A DNA stretch of 45,944 nt from Arenimonas sp. (GTDB lineage Bacteria > Pseudomonadota > Gammaproteobacteria > Xanthomonadales > Xanthomonadaceae). Positions 1 to 8,187 of this stretch are shown here, piece by piece; the first letter of the stretch is position 1; each line of letters begins with the position of its first letter. The notes below the pieces were generated by a model that was given only the letters and a program-made list of their open reading frames with translations, made no database searches and had not been told where the DNA came from. Location of the stretch: assembly GCA_043747995.1 (NCBI GenBank), contig JAYTOD010000048.1:1-45944 (forward strand), read 5' to 3'. Both the position numbers and the translations under genes were made by a program.

Positions 1-1158
1 GTGCAAGTGAAACAAACTGGAACCTTAGACAATACGCTGTTTTTATACAACCCTGATGCCATTCCTGTGGCTCCGCCAACTGATCGCGGTATTTCCGGCG
101 GCCATTTTGACCCAGATATCTATTATGGCGCAGCTAATAAAGGCGCTAATCCAGGGAATGTAAAGCATTACCACGAGTATGATGATACTTGGAATGTGAC
201 TGGCGTTAATATGTTGGCAGCGAGTAGCGCAACACATAACTTAGTTAACGCAATTCCAAGCACTGCAACTAAGTTTAAAGTATTGGTGTACAACCAATAC
301 CATAGCCCTGCTACGCTTCTTCAAGTGGGCTCCGGGCCTTTTGTGAATATTGCCTCCTACGGTGGCTTGTACACATCAAATACGCTAGTTTTAAGCTCTC
401 TGCCAACCTATGATCGTTCTGCATTAGGCAGTGCGCCCACCTTGCCTATCACCAATCTGCAGGTTAAATGGCCTTTGGATGCATTCCAGTCTAAAGATTG
501 GCTGAGCGATGGCAATGTGCGAGCAGGGCTTGTGCCAACCCAAACAGGTTGTGTCAATAAAGCACCCAATCCTGGGCCTTTGGGAGAGCCGCATAATGGC
601 GCCTTAACGGTGCAGATTATTAAAGACACCACGCCAGCGTCTGCTTTAATTATGAATGTGACTGGCCGCCCCAATTTAGGCTGGCGGGTGCGTGACGGTG
701 ACGGCGATGATGCGGGTTCGGTGGATGATCGAACTGACTATGTGCTAGCGGAATATACCTACTTTTGGCATCATCCCAATGGTGCATGTATGGGTGCTGC
801 TGGTTGGGTAGATAATCCACCGCAAGATTTAGTGCAGGCAACGGGTCCATTCCCAGCAACTCCAGCTGGCACATCAGACCCTAAAGACGGTGATTTCTCT
901 GGCGGCGGCTCGGTGGTCTCTGATGTTACAGTGGGCAATGTGCGCACCACCACCTACAGCGATGGTTCAACCCGCGTAATCACAGTTGTGGATAATGGCG
1001 ATGGCACCACCACGGTAACCACAGTAAACTGTGGCCCGGGCGGAACCGGCTGTACCACTAATACCCAAATAAGCAGTAACTCGGGCTCAGTGATTGGCAC
1101 CGGTGGTACGCAGGTTGGTTCTGCTTTTGGCCGAGTATCTTGGCGAGAGTTATTTTAA
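1..1158 (+). CDS. pilY1: C-terminal part of PilY1/PilC-like type IV pilus tip adhesin (5' truncated by window)
   Basis: Open frame from window edge, ends GRVSWRELF (R-x-S-W-R-E tail typical of PilY1), lies 16 bp upstream of pilE; visible body is atypical. Confidence 0.7.
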   Translation: MQVKQTGTLDNTLFLYNPDAIPVAPPTDRGISGGHFDPDIYYGAANKGANPGNVKHYHEYDDTWNVTGVNMLAASSATHNLVNAIPSTATKFKVLVYNQYHSPATLLQVGSGPFVNIASYGGLYTSNTLVLSSLPTYDRSALGSAPTLPITNLQVKWPLDAFQSKDWLSDGNVRAGLVPTQTGCVNKAPNPGPLGEPHNGALTVQIIKDTTPASALIMNVTGRPNLGWRVRDGDGDDAGSVDDRTDYVLAEYTYFWHHPNGACMGAAGWVDNPPQDLVQATGPFPATPAGTSDPKDGDFSGGGSVVSDVTVGNVRTTTYSDGSTRVITVVDNGDGTTTVTTVNCGPGGTGCTTNTQISSNSGSVIGTGGTQVGSAFGRVSWRELF

Positions 1159-1174
1159 TGCGTAGGAGCTGGCA

Positions 1175-1594
1175 ATGAAAACAACAAGGCGTACTAATAG
1201 CAGTGGCTTTAGCTTAATGGAGCTTATGATTGCTCTTGCCATTGTGGGCATCTTGGCAAGAATTGCCATTCCTGCATACACCGATCAAGTGCGTAAAACG
1301 CGGCGCGCGGATGCGCAAAGTGTGTTGCTTGAGCTCACCCAATCGTTGGAACGTTTTTACACCAATAATAATACCTTTGTTGGCGCCACATTGCCCATTA
1401 CGCAAGCGCCCAAAGAAGGCGCCACCAAATACTACAACTTAAGTTTTACTGCAGCGCAAACCGCCACAGCATTCAGTATTCGTGCGGTACCCATAGCAGG
1501 AAGCGACCAAGCATCGGATAGATGCGGCACCATGACCATCACCAATGCCGGCGTTAAAACAGTTTCAACCTCGGCAACAGGATGTTGGCGATAA
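1175..1594 (+). CDS. pilE: Type IV minor pilin PilE
   Basis: Class III signal G|FSLMELMIALAIVGIL (E5), PAY..VRK.RRADAQ motif, C-terminal Cys pair DRCG...GCW; SD AGGAG. Confidence 0.9.
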   Translation: MKTTRRTNSSGFSLMELMIALAIVGILARIAIPAYTDQVRKTRRADAQSVLLELTQSLERFYTNNNTFVGATLPITQAPKEGATKYYNLSFTAAQTATAFSIRAVPIAGSDQASDRCGTMTITNAGVKTVSTSATGCWR

Positions 1595-1610
1595 AGTGGA
1601 TTAGACAAGC

Positions 1611-1646
1611 AAATAAAAAACCTGCCATCGGCAGGTTTTTTTATTT
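1611..1646. terminator. Bidirectional intrinsic terminator between pilE and tRNA-Asn
   Basis: aaataaaaaa-CCTGCC-atc-GGCAGG-tttttttattt. Confidence 0.85.
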
Positions 1647-1722
1647 GGCGCCCGAAGTTGGACTCGAACCAACGACCCCCTGATTAACAGTCAAGTGCTC
1701 TAACCAGCTGAGCTATTCAGGC
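1646..1722 (-). tRNA. tRNA-Asn(GTT)
   Basis: Reverse complement GCCTGAATAGCTCAGCTGGTTAGAGCA-CTTGA-CT-GTT-AA-TCAGG...GTTCGAGTCC...TTCGGGCGCCA; encoded CCA. Confidence 0.97.
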
Positions 1723-1765
1723 AAGGAAGCTATTTTCGCCAAATTCAGCTATTTAGTCAATACAA

Positions 1766-2308
1766 TTATTCGCTAAGGCATAAAGAATTTGCAATGATTG
1801 GGTCAGCACTCGTGCTTCGGATACGGCCAGTATTCGATAAGATGATGGCTTGAGCAAACGCAGTGCCTCGGCCATCGCAAAGTGTGAAGCTAACGTTGGA
1901 GCCCGCGTTGCTTCCGCCCGACTGAAAAACCAATCGGTTACGACCAACAGTACTACTTAAACGCATACTTTCAGCTAATGCACTTTGACTAACAACAATA
2001 GGCTCATTGCTGCTGACTTCTCGGTCGGCATTAAGATCAACAAAAACTAACCAGCCGTGCTGCCATACAATGCCCGTACTGCAGGTTATACCATCAATAC
2101 TTGGACACATCACGGTTTTATAGTTGCGAATGGTTGCTTCGGCCATAGCCAATGAAAATGAACTATATAGCTCGCTCTTGGTTTCAGCGGAATAGGTTTT
2201 TTGTATAAAATTATGCAGTGATACCAAGCCAAAGCAACTGGTAACTGCAATAATCGCTAGGCTAATCAACAGTTCAATAAGGGTGAAGCCGTAGGTATTG
2301 CGTGCCAT
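1766..2308 (-). CDS. fimT: FimT/GspH-family minor pilin, orphan copy
   Basis: G|FTLIELLISL prepilin N-terminus, CPS.DG..C...W..GW motif, C-terminal GRIR. Confidence 0.8.
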   Translation of the reverse strand: MARNTYGFTLIELLISLAIIAVTSCFGLVSLHNFIQKTYSAETKSELYSSFSLAMAEATIRNYKTVMCPSIDGITCSTGIVWQHGWLVFVDLNADREVSSNEPIVVSQSALAESMRLSSTVGRNRLVFQSGGSNAGSNVSFTLCDGRGTAFAQAIILSNTGRIRSTSADPIIANSLCLSE

Positions 2309-2420
2309 TTATATTCTCCTAAGTAAGTTCACCTAGCTTGACTTGCTTCGCGCGTGAAAGAATTAGGTGAATACCATCGCTGCTTGTGAGAAAATTCCTA
2401 ATTGGCTTTGAGAATTTTCT

Positions 2421-4418
2421 ATGGATCAACCATTTCAGCTTGTATCGCCTTTTCAGCCGGCTGGCGACCAACCACAAGCCATTGAAAAACTGATTGCCGG
2501 TTTTGAGTCGGGCATTGCTGCGCAAACGCTGCTGGGCGTAACCGGCTCTGGCAAAACATTCACCATCGCCAATGTGATTCAAGCAGTGCAAAAGCCAACC
2601 TTGGTGCTGGCGCCGAATAAAACCCTGGCCGCGCAATTGTATGGCGAATTCAAAAGCTTCTTTCCGAATAATGCGGTGGAATATTTTGTGTCGTATTACG
2701 ATTACTACCAGCCGGAAGCGTATATTCCGGCGTCCGACACCTTCATCGATAAAGACAGCTCAATCAACGAACACATTGAGCAAATGCGCCTGTCGGCCAC
2801 CAAATCTTTATTAGAACGGCGCGATGCAATTATTGTTGCTTCGGTATCGTCTATTTATGGCTTGGGCGATCCGAACGAATATTTTCGTATGGTGCTGCAT
2901 TTAGTGCGCGGCGATTTAATCGATCAACGCGAATTGATTCGGCGCTTAACTGAAATGCAATACACCCGTAATGATGTTGAGCTCAAGCGTGCTTGTTATC
3001 GGGTGCGCGGCGAGGTGATTGATATTCACCCAGCTGAAAGTGATTTTGAAGCGGTGCGCATCGAATTATTCGATGGGGAAATTGAAAATATATCGCTTTT
3101 TGACCCACTAACCGGCGAAATACGCCGCAAGCTTCAGCGCTATACGCTATACCCAAAATCGCATTATGTAGCAACGCGACGCACCATTTTAGACGCTATT
3201 GAAACCATTAAAGTGGAATTGAAAGATCGCCTAGAATATTTTTATAAAGAAAATAAATTGGTGGAAGCGCAGCGTTTAGCGCAGCGTACTCAGTTCGATA
3301 TTGAAATGATGCTGGAAGTGGGCTATTGCAGCGGCGTAGAAAACTATTCACGGCACTTAACTGGGCACATGCCCGGCGAGCCACCACCGTGTTTATACGA
3401 TTACTTGCCACCCGATGCCTTGCTGGTAGTCGATGAATCACATGTCACTATTCCGCAATTAGGTGCCATGTATAAAGGCGATCGCTCGCGTAAGGAAACC
3501 CTAGTCAATTTCGGATTCCGTTTGCCATCAGCCTTAGATAACCGGCCATTAAAATTTGATGAGTGGGAGCGTCGTGCACCGCGTTGTGTATATGTTTCTG
3601 CTACACCCGGGCCGTATGAGCTTGAGCATACCGTTGGGCAGGTGGTGGAGCTGGTAGTTCGGCCCACTGGCTTGGTTGATCCGCAAATTGAAATACGCCC
3701 AGTGGCTACGCAAGTGGATGATGTGCTCTCGGAAATCACCGAACGCGTGAAGCTTGGCGATCGTGTGTTGATTACCACCTTAACCAAACGCATGGCCGAA
3801 AACCTGACCGATTATCTGTCAGAGCATGGCGTGAAAGTGCGTTATTTGCATTCGGATGTGGATACCGTTGAGCGCGTAGAAATTATCCGTGATCTGCGTT
3901 TGGGTGTGTTCGATGTGATAGTGGGCATCAACTTATTGCGTGAAGGATTAGATATGCCAGAGGTTTCTTTAGTGGCCATTTTAGATGCCGATAAAGAAGG
4001 CTTCCTGCGTTCCTCGCGTTCACTGATTCAAACTATTGGCCGGGCGGCGCGCAACCTGCGTGGCACCGCCATTTTATATGCCGATAAAATCACCAATTCC
4101 ATGCGCATTGCTATTGATGAAACCGACCGCCGCCGTGCTAAACAAGAAGAATATAACGCACTGCATGGTATTGTGCCGCAATCCATCAAGCGCGAGATTA
4201 TGGATGTGATGCAAGATGCACGCCAAGATCTCTCGGTTGAAAAAGCTTTGCAAGCATCGGGCGCGGCCTTGTCAGCGCTGTCAGCGGTGCAATTGGCCAA
4301 GCGCTTGAATGCATTGGAAAGCCAAATGTTTAAGCATGCGCAGAATCTGGAGTTCGAGCAAGCGGGGCAATGCCGCGATGAAATGACCCAGCTCAAAGAA
4401 TTAGCGCTGCTGCGCTAA
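2421..4418 (+). CDS. uvrB: Excinuclease ABC subunit B
   Basis: GVTGSGKT Walker [11 protein letters not shown] hairpin, DESH, LLREGLD, C-terminal UVR domain. Confidence 0.98.
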   Translation: MDQPFQLVSPFQPAGDQPQAIEKLIAGFESGIAAQTLLGVTGSGKTFTIANVIQAVQKPTLVLAPNKTLAAQLYGEFKSFFPNNAVEYFVSYYDYYQPEAYIPASDTFIDKDSSINEHIEQMRLSATKSLLERRDAIIVASVSSIYGLGDPNEYFRMVLHLVRGDLIDQRELIRRLTEMQYTRNDVELKRACYRVRGEVIDIHPAESDFEAVRIELFDGEIENISLFDPLTGEIRRKLQRYTLYPKSHYVATRRTILDAIETIKVELKDRLEYFYKENKLVEAQRLAQRTQFDIEMMLEVGYCSGVENYSRHLTGHMPGEPPPCLYDYLPPDALLVVDESHVTIPQLGAMYKGDRSRKETLVNFGFRLPSALDNRPLKFDEWERRAPRCVYVSATPGPYELEHTVGQVVELVVRPTGLVDPQIEIRPVATQVDDVLSEITERVKLGDRVLITTLTKRMAENLTDYLSEHGVKVRYLHSDVDTVERVEIIRDLRLGVFDVIVGINLLREGLDMPEVSLVAILDADKEGFLRSSRSLIQTIGRAARNLRGTAILYADKITNSMRIAIDETDRRRAKQEEYNALHGIVPQSIKREIMDVMQDARQDLSVEKALQASGAALSALSAVQLAKRLNALESQMFKHAQNLEFEQAGQCRDEMTQLKELALLR

Positions 4419-4422
4419 GCAT

Positions 4423-4452
4423 TTGCCTGTATGCGCGCCTTTATCGTACAAT
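4423..4452 (+). promoter_or_regulatory. Putative sigma70 promoter of tRNA-Val
   Basis: TTGCCT-N18-TACAAT, 13 bp upstream of the tRNA. Confidence 0.55.
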
Positions 4453-4465
4453 AGGTCTCTTATTA

Positions 4466-4540
4466 GGGCGATTAGCTCAGCGGTAGAGCACTTCCTTGAC
4501 ATGGAAGGGGTCACAGGTTCGATCCCTGTATCGCCCACCA
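4466..4540 (+). tRNA. tRNA-Val(GAC)
   Basis: GGGCGATTAGCTCAGCGGTAGAGCA-CTTCC-TT-GAC-AT-GGAAG...GGTTCGATCC...ATCGCCCACCA. Confidence 0.97.
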
Positions 4541-4547
4541 AATAAAC

Positions 4548-4571
4548 AACCACCCAAGCGGTGGTTTTTTT
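4548..4571 (+). terminator. Intrinsic terminator after tRNA-Val
   Basis: AACCACC-caagc-GGTGGTT followed by T tract. Confidence 0.75.
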
Positions 4572-5355
4572 ATGCCAGTTTTAGCCGCTTTGTATATAAA
4601 TGTTCATAGGCCGGCAAGCACGCATCAGCAATTTTTTGATGCTCCGCACTCAGTTCTGCACGCTGCTCTGGACGTGATTCAAAACCAGTGGATTGCCACA
4701 CTGACGCATACCAATGCTTCGCCCAAATGCCATCGCTACTTCGTGGCCCGCTTGGCCAGCACAGCATCGCTTCTTGAAACGCAATGCCAACGTGATTGCA
4801 TAATGCTATTAAAAACCCGCGTGGATTGCCCAAAAACTCGGATGAATCGATGACTAACGGAGTTTCCCCGGTTTCGCGGATTAATTCATCATAAAGCGCT
4901 GCTTGTTGTAGTAGGCCAATATCGTTCGGCGCCACGTCGGCACGGGATTTAATATACGAAGCTACAACCGCAATTGGATGGCGAATTAAAAACACATTGC
5001 TCAGTGCATACATCCATTGGTGATCCATACCCTCAAGCAGATGATGGCTCATGTGTTTTTGATACCAAACCGTTTTGTTATCAGGAATGTCGCCAGTAAG
5101 CTTTGCAGTAACTTTGCGCCAATCGCATTCGCCATCGGCAATAATTTCTTCTGATCCTGGGTGATCTAATCCGGTTTGCTTTAAAAATGCTGTATACAGT
5201 GGTTCATCAGACACCACGCAATCGTCGCGATTTTCAAAGCTGCGCATCATCGCGGTGGAGATATTACGCGGCCCGCTCCACATGGCGACGCGCAGGGACG
5301 CGCTAGTGTCGCGGGAGGCAGGGTGCCGGGAGCGATCGACGCGCAAGCCACTCAT
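4570..5355 (-). CDS. Sulfotransferase-like P-loop protein (family often found with class IV aminotransferases)
   Basis: AMWSGPRNISTAMMRSF, DEPLY, YQKHMSHH, FLIRHP, GIWAKHWY motifs; ATGA overlap with upstream gene. Confidence 0.8.
   Translation of the reverse strand: MSGLRVDRSRHPASRDTSASLRVAMWSGPRNISTAMMRSFENRDDCVVSDEPLYTAFLKQTGLDHPGSEEIIADGECDWRKVTAKLTGDIPDNKTVWYQKHMSHHLLEGMDHQWMYALSNVFLIRHPIAVVASYIKSRADVAPNDIGLLQQAALYDELIRETGETPLVIDSSEFLGNPRGFLIALCNHVGIAFQEAMLCWPSGPRSSDGIWAKHWYASVWQSTGFESRPEQRAELSAEHQKIADACLPAYEHLYTKRLKLA
5286..5345. mobile_element. Candidate 51-bp in-frame palindromic insertion with 9-bp direct repeats
   Basis: CGACGCGCA at 5286-5294 and 5337-5345 (offset 51 = 17 codons); 38/51 GC; internal hairpin GTCGC-ggga-GGCA-ggg-TGCC-ggga-GCGAT. 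Confidence 0.6.
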
Positions 5356-6287
5356 GCTAAACGTTGGCCGCTGGCAACTACAACATCACGTTGCGCCAGT
5401 TCTTGATACAGCTGTTGCAAGCGTTGCACTATCGGGCCGGGTAGGGCGTCGCCAATCACGCGGCCATCGATTTTTCGAACTGGCACAACACCGGCAAACG
5501 TGCCAGTGCAAAACGCTTCATCGGCACTATACACTTGCGTTAGGCTGAAGTTTTTTTCATGGCAGACAATACCATTATGCTTACAAATTTCCAAGATATT
5601 GGCGCGCGTGATGCCGCCTAAACAATAATCGCCAGTTGAGGTCCATACTTCGCCTTTGCGCACGATAAAGAAATGCGTGGAATTGCAAGTTGCCACAAAG
5701 CCGTGTGGGTCGAGCATCAGTGCTTCATCAACACCGGCTTCGGTAGCTTGTATGCAAGCCGTGATGCAGTTGAGCTTGCTGTGTGAATTGAGCTTCGGGT
5801 CTTGCACATCTGGGTAGCCGCGCCGAACATGCACAGTGAACAGGTTTAACCCAGTGTTGAGTGTTTCTGGTTTTGGGGTTTTGTATTCGGCAATCATCAC
5901 CACTGTTGCATTACCAATACAGGCGCGCGGATCTTGGTATGGCGTGCGTTTAACGCCGCGGGTCACCATCAGTCGCACGTGCACGTCGTCGGTCATACCA
6001 TTAGCCTTTAAGGTTTCATCAATGGCTTGGGCGAGCTGTATGCGTGATAGACCGATATCAAGAGCAATAGCTTTCGCGCCTTCAAACAGGCGATCAAGGT
6101 GCGCTGCCAAAAATACCGGCTGGCCGGCAAGCACCCTAAACCCTTCCCACACACCATCGCCTAGTACAAATCCGCTGTCAAATACTGAAACAACGGCCTC
6201 AGCGCGCGGTTTCAGTTGGCCATTAATCCATATTTTAATATCCGCGTTGCGTACATCGTCGTGGAAGTCGTGAATGCTAGTGCTCAT
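5352..6287 (-). CDS. PLP-dependent class IV (branched-chain/D-amino-acid) aminotransferase family protein
   Basis: VSVFDSGFVLGDGVWEG, HLDRL, KLNSHSKLN, LGGITR, ADEAFCTGT; ATG at 6287 preferred over TTG 6299. Confidence 0.88.
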   Translation of the reverse strand: MSTSIHDFHDDVRNADIKIWINGQLKPRAEAVVSVFDSGFVLGDGVWEGFRVLAGQPVFLAAHLDRLFEGAKAIALDIGLSRIQLAQAIDETLKANGMTDDVHVRLMVTRGVKRTPYQDPRACIGNATVVMIAEYKTPKPETLNTGLNLFTVHVRRGYPDVQDPKLNSHSKLNCITACIQATEAGVDEALMLDPHGFVATCNSTHFFIVRKGEVWTSTGDYCLGGITRANILEICKHNGIVCHEKNFSLTQVYSADEAFCTGTFAGVVPVRKIDGRVIGDALPGPIVQRLQQLYQELAQRDVVVASGQRLA

Positions 6288-6459
6288 AAAAGTGTCCAAA
6301 AATTTTTAGCTAAGTAACTATAAATGGATAACTTCATGTTGTAAATACCTGACTTATAAGGAATTTTGATTGACAAATACAGGCTTTACCTTGAAGTTTA
6401 AAACAAACATTGCAAAGAGTTATGGAGCTGGAAAATGTTACGTTATTTTAGGCTTGATA

Positions 6460-6488
6460 TTGACATATATGGCCATTCATCGTATGTT
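6460..6488 (+). promoter_or_regulatory. Putative sigma70 promoter of S8 protease
   Basis: TTGACA-N17-TATGTT. Confidence 0.55.
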
Positions 6489-6542
6489 CATGGGACTAAA
6501 CAGCGTGGTGTTGTTTGGAACATATACATAAGGTGTACTTCA

Positions 6543-7943
6543 ATGATGAAACTCTCACTATTGGCTGCGGCCACTTTGCTGGCATTCGGTGCGGCATCTT
6601 CAGTAGAAGCAGGTGGTCGTACAGATTTAGTTAAGCGCGATTTGCAAAATGGTAAGCAGTATGTAGCTGGGCAATTGATTGTTCAGTACAAAGCATCTGC
6701 AACTGAAGCTGATAAAATTCGCGTACAAAAAATGCTCAGCGGCGAACGTGCTGGTGTACTAGGTAGAAAGGGTGGTCGTTTAAACTTTCGTGGCGATATT
6801 GATTTGTTGAAATTTGCAGCCGGCACCACCATGGCTTCGAAAATTGATGCAATTGCAAAAGACCCATCCGTTGATTACGCAGAACCCAATTGGATTGTGA
6901 AGCATTCAGGCACGGTTAGTGGCCCGAATGACACTTATTACACCAATGGCCAATTGTGGGGCATGTATGGCGCTGGCACATCACCAGCAAACCAATATGG
7001 CTCAGGCTCAGGTAGTGTGCCTAACGCCAACCATAACTGTTCAAGTGTTGTTGTGGGTGTGATTGATGAAGGCTACATGTATGCGCATCCAGATCTAGCC
7101 GCCAATGCCTATAAAAATCCTGGCGATAATACTTTTGACGGTATTGATAACGACGGTAATGGTTATGTTGACGATGTGTATGGCTGGGATTTCGACGGCA
7201 ACAACAGTTCTGTATTTGATGGCGTAGGCGACGATCATGGTACACACGTATCTGGCACTATTGGTGGCGTTGGCAACAACGGTATTGGTGTGGTCGGCAT
7301 GTGTCATTCGGTTAAATTGTTAAACGCCAAATTCTTGGGGTCACAAGGTGGCACCACAGCCAATGCAATTAAAGCGGTTGATTATTTTACTGACTTGAAA
7401 AATGCGGGTGTGCCAGTAGTGGCAACAAATAATTCGTGGGGCGGCGGCGGTTTTTCACAAGGCCTAGCAGACGCGATTGAGCGTGCAAATAATGCGGGTA
7501 TTTTGTTTGTTGCGGCAGCAGGTAATGGCGCTTCAGATAATGACGCATCACCGTCCTATCCAAGTGGCTACACAAATAGCAATATTATTGCCGTTGCATC
7601 AATCACCAGCACAGGCGCGTTATCGAGCTTCTCGCAGTATGGCGCAACTAGCGTCGATATCTGCGCCCCAGGCTCAGCTGTAAACTCAACCGTGCCAGTG
7701 CAATCGGGTAAAGGTAGAAAATTTGCAATTTCGGGCGGTTATGCCAGCTATAGTGGCACCTCAATGGCAACACCACACGTAACCGGTGCTGCAGCATTGT
7801 ATAAAGCAAATAACCCAAGCGCAACGGCGACTCAAATTAAAGCAGCCATATTAGGCACAGCCACAGCAACTGCATCGTGCGCAGGCAAAGTGCTTAGCAA
7901 TGGTCGTTTGAATGTAACTACCTTTGGTAGCTATATAGACTAA
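6543..7943 (+). CDS. Secreted S8 (subtilisin-family) serine protease with prodomain
   Basis: Signal peptide MMKLSLLAAATLLAFGAASS; triad motifs VIDEG, HGTHVSG, GTSMATPH; AAAGN oxyanion Asn; DNDGNGYVDD Ca loop; SD AAGG before ATG 6543. Confidence 0.92.
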   Translation: MMKLSLLAAATLLAFGAASSVEAGGRTDLVKRDLQNGKQYVAGQLIVQYKASATEADKIRVQKMLSGERAGVLGRKGGRLNFRGDIDLLKFAAGTTMASKIDAIAKDPSVDYAEPNWIVKHSGTVSGPNDTYYTNGQLWGMYGAGTSPANQYGSGSGSVPNANHNCSSVVVGVIDEGYMYAHPDLAANAYKNPGDNTFDGIDNDGNGYVDDVYGWDFDGNNSSVFDGVGDDHGTHVSGTIGGVGNNGIGVVGMCHSVKLLNAKFLGSQGGTTANAIKAVDYFTDLKNAGVPVVATNNSWGGGGFSQGLADAIERANNAGILFVAAAGNGASDNDASPSYPSGYTNSNIIAVASITSTGALSSFSQYGATSVDICAPGSAVNSTVPVQSGKGRKFAISGGYASYSGTSMATPHVTGAAALYKANNPSATATQIKAAILGTATATASCAGKVLSNGRLNVTTFGSYID

Positions 7944-7966
7944 TTTTCAGACAGTTACTGCATACT

Positions 7967-7995
7967 AAAAACACCGCTTCTGCGGTGTTTTTTTT
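7967..7995 (+). terminator. Intrinsic terminator after protease
   Basis: aaaaACACCGC-ttct-GCGGTGT-tttttttt. Confidence 0.85.
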
Positions 7996-8026
7996 GATGA
8001 AAATTTGCGCATAAACCTTATTTAGA

Positions 8027-8055
8027 TTGACTTTTAGCCTATAAAAGCCTAATTT
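8027..8055 (+). promoter_or_regulatory. Putative sigma70 promoter of thrS
   Basis: TTGACT-N17-TAATTT. Confidence 0.55.
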
Positions 8056-8147
8056 AGACACATAAATACAAGGTGGCGCACTGCGCTAAGTGTACGACAT
8101 GATAACTAGCATCTCACATCGATAATGCCTGTGCTAAGCCCAATACT

Positions 8148-8168
8148 GGACGCTTGGCGTCTTTTTTT
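8148..8168 (+). terminator. Terminator-like hairpin in thrS leader (possible attenuator)
   Basis: GGACGC-ttg-GCGTCT followed by T run, about 20 nt before the thrS ATG. Confidence 0.55.
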
Positions 8169-8187
8169 ATTTTTTAAATTTTGAATT

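Noticed and set aside
2309-2420. SOS (LexA) box upstream of uvrB
   Set aside because: No CTGT-N8-ACAG or other convincing palindrome seen
6435-6542. Longer start for the S8 protease
   Set aside because: Overlaps a promoter-like sequence; SD and signal peptide fit ATG 6543
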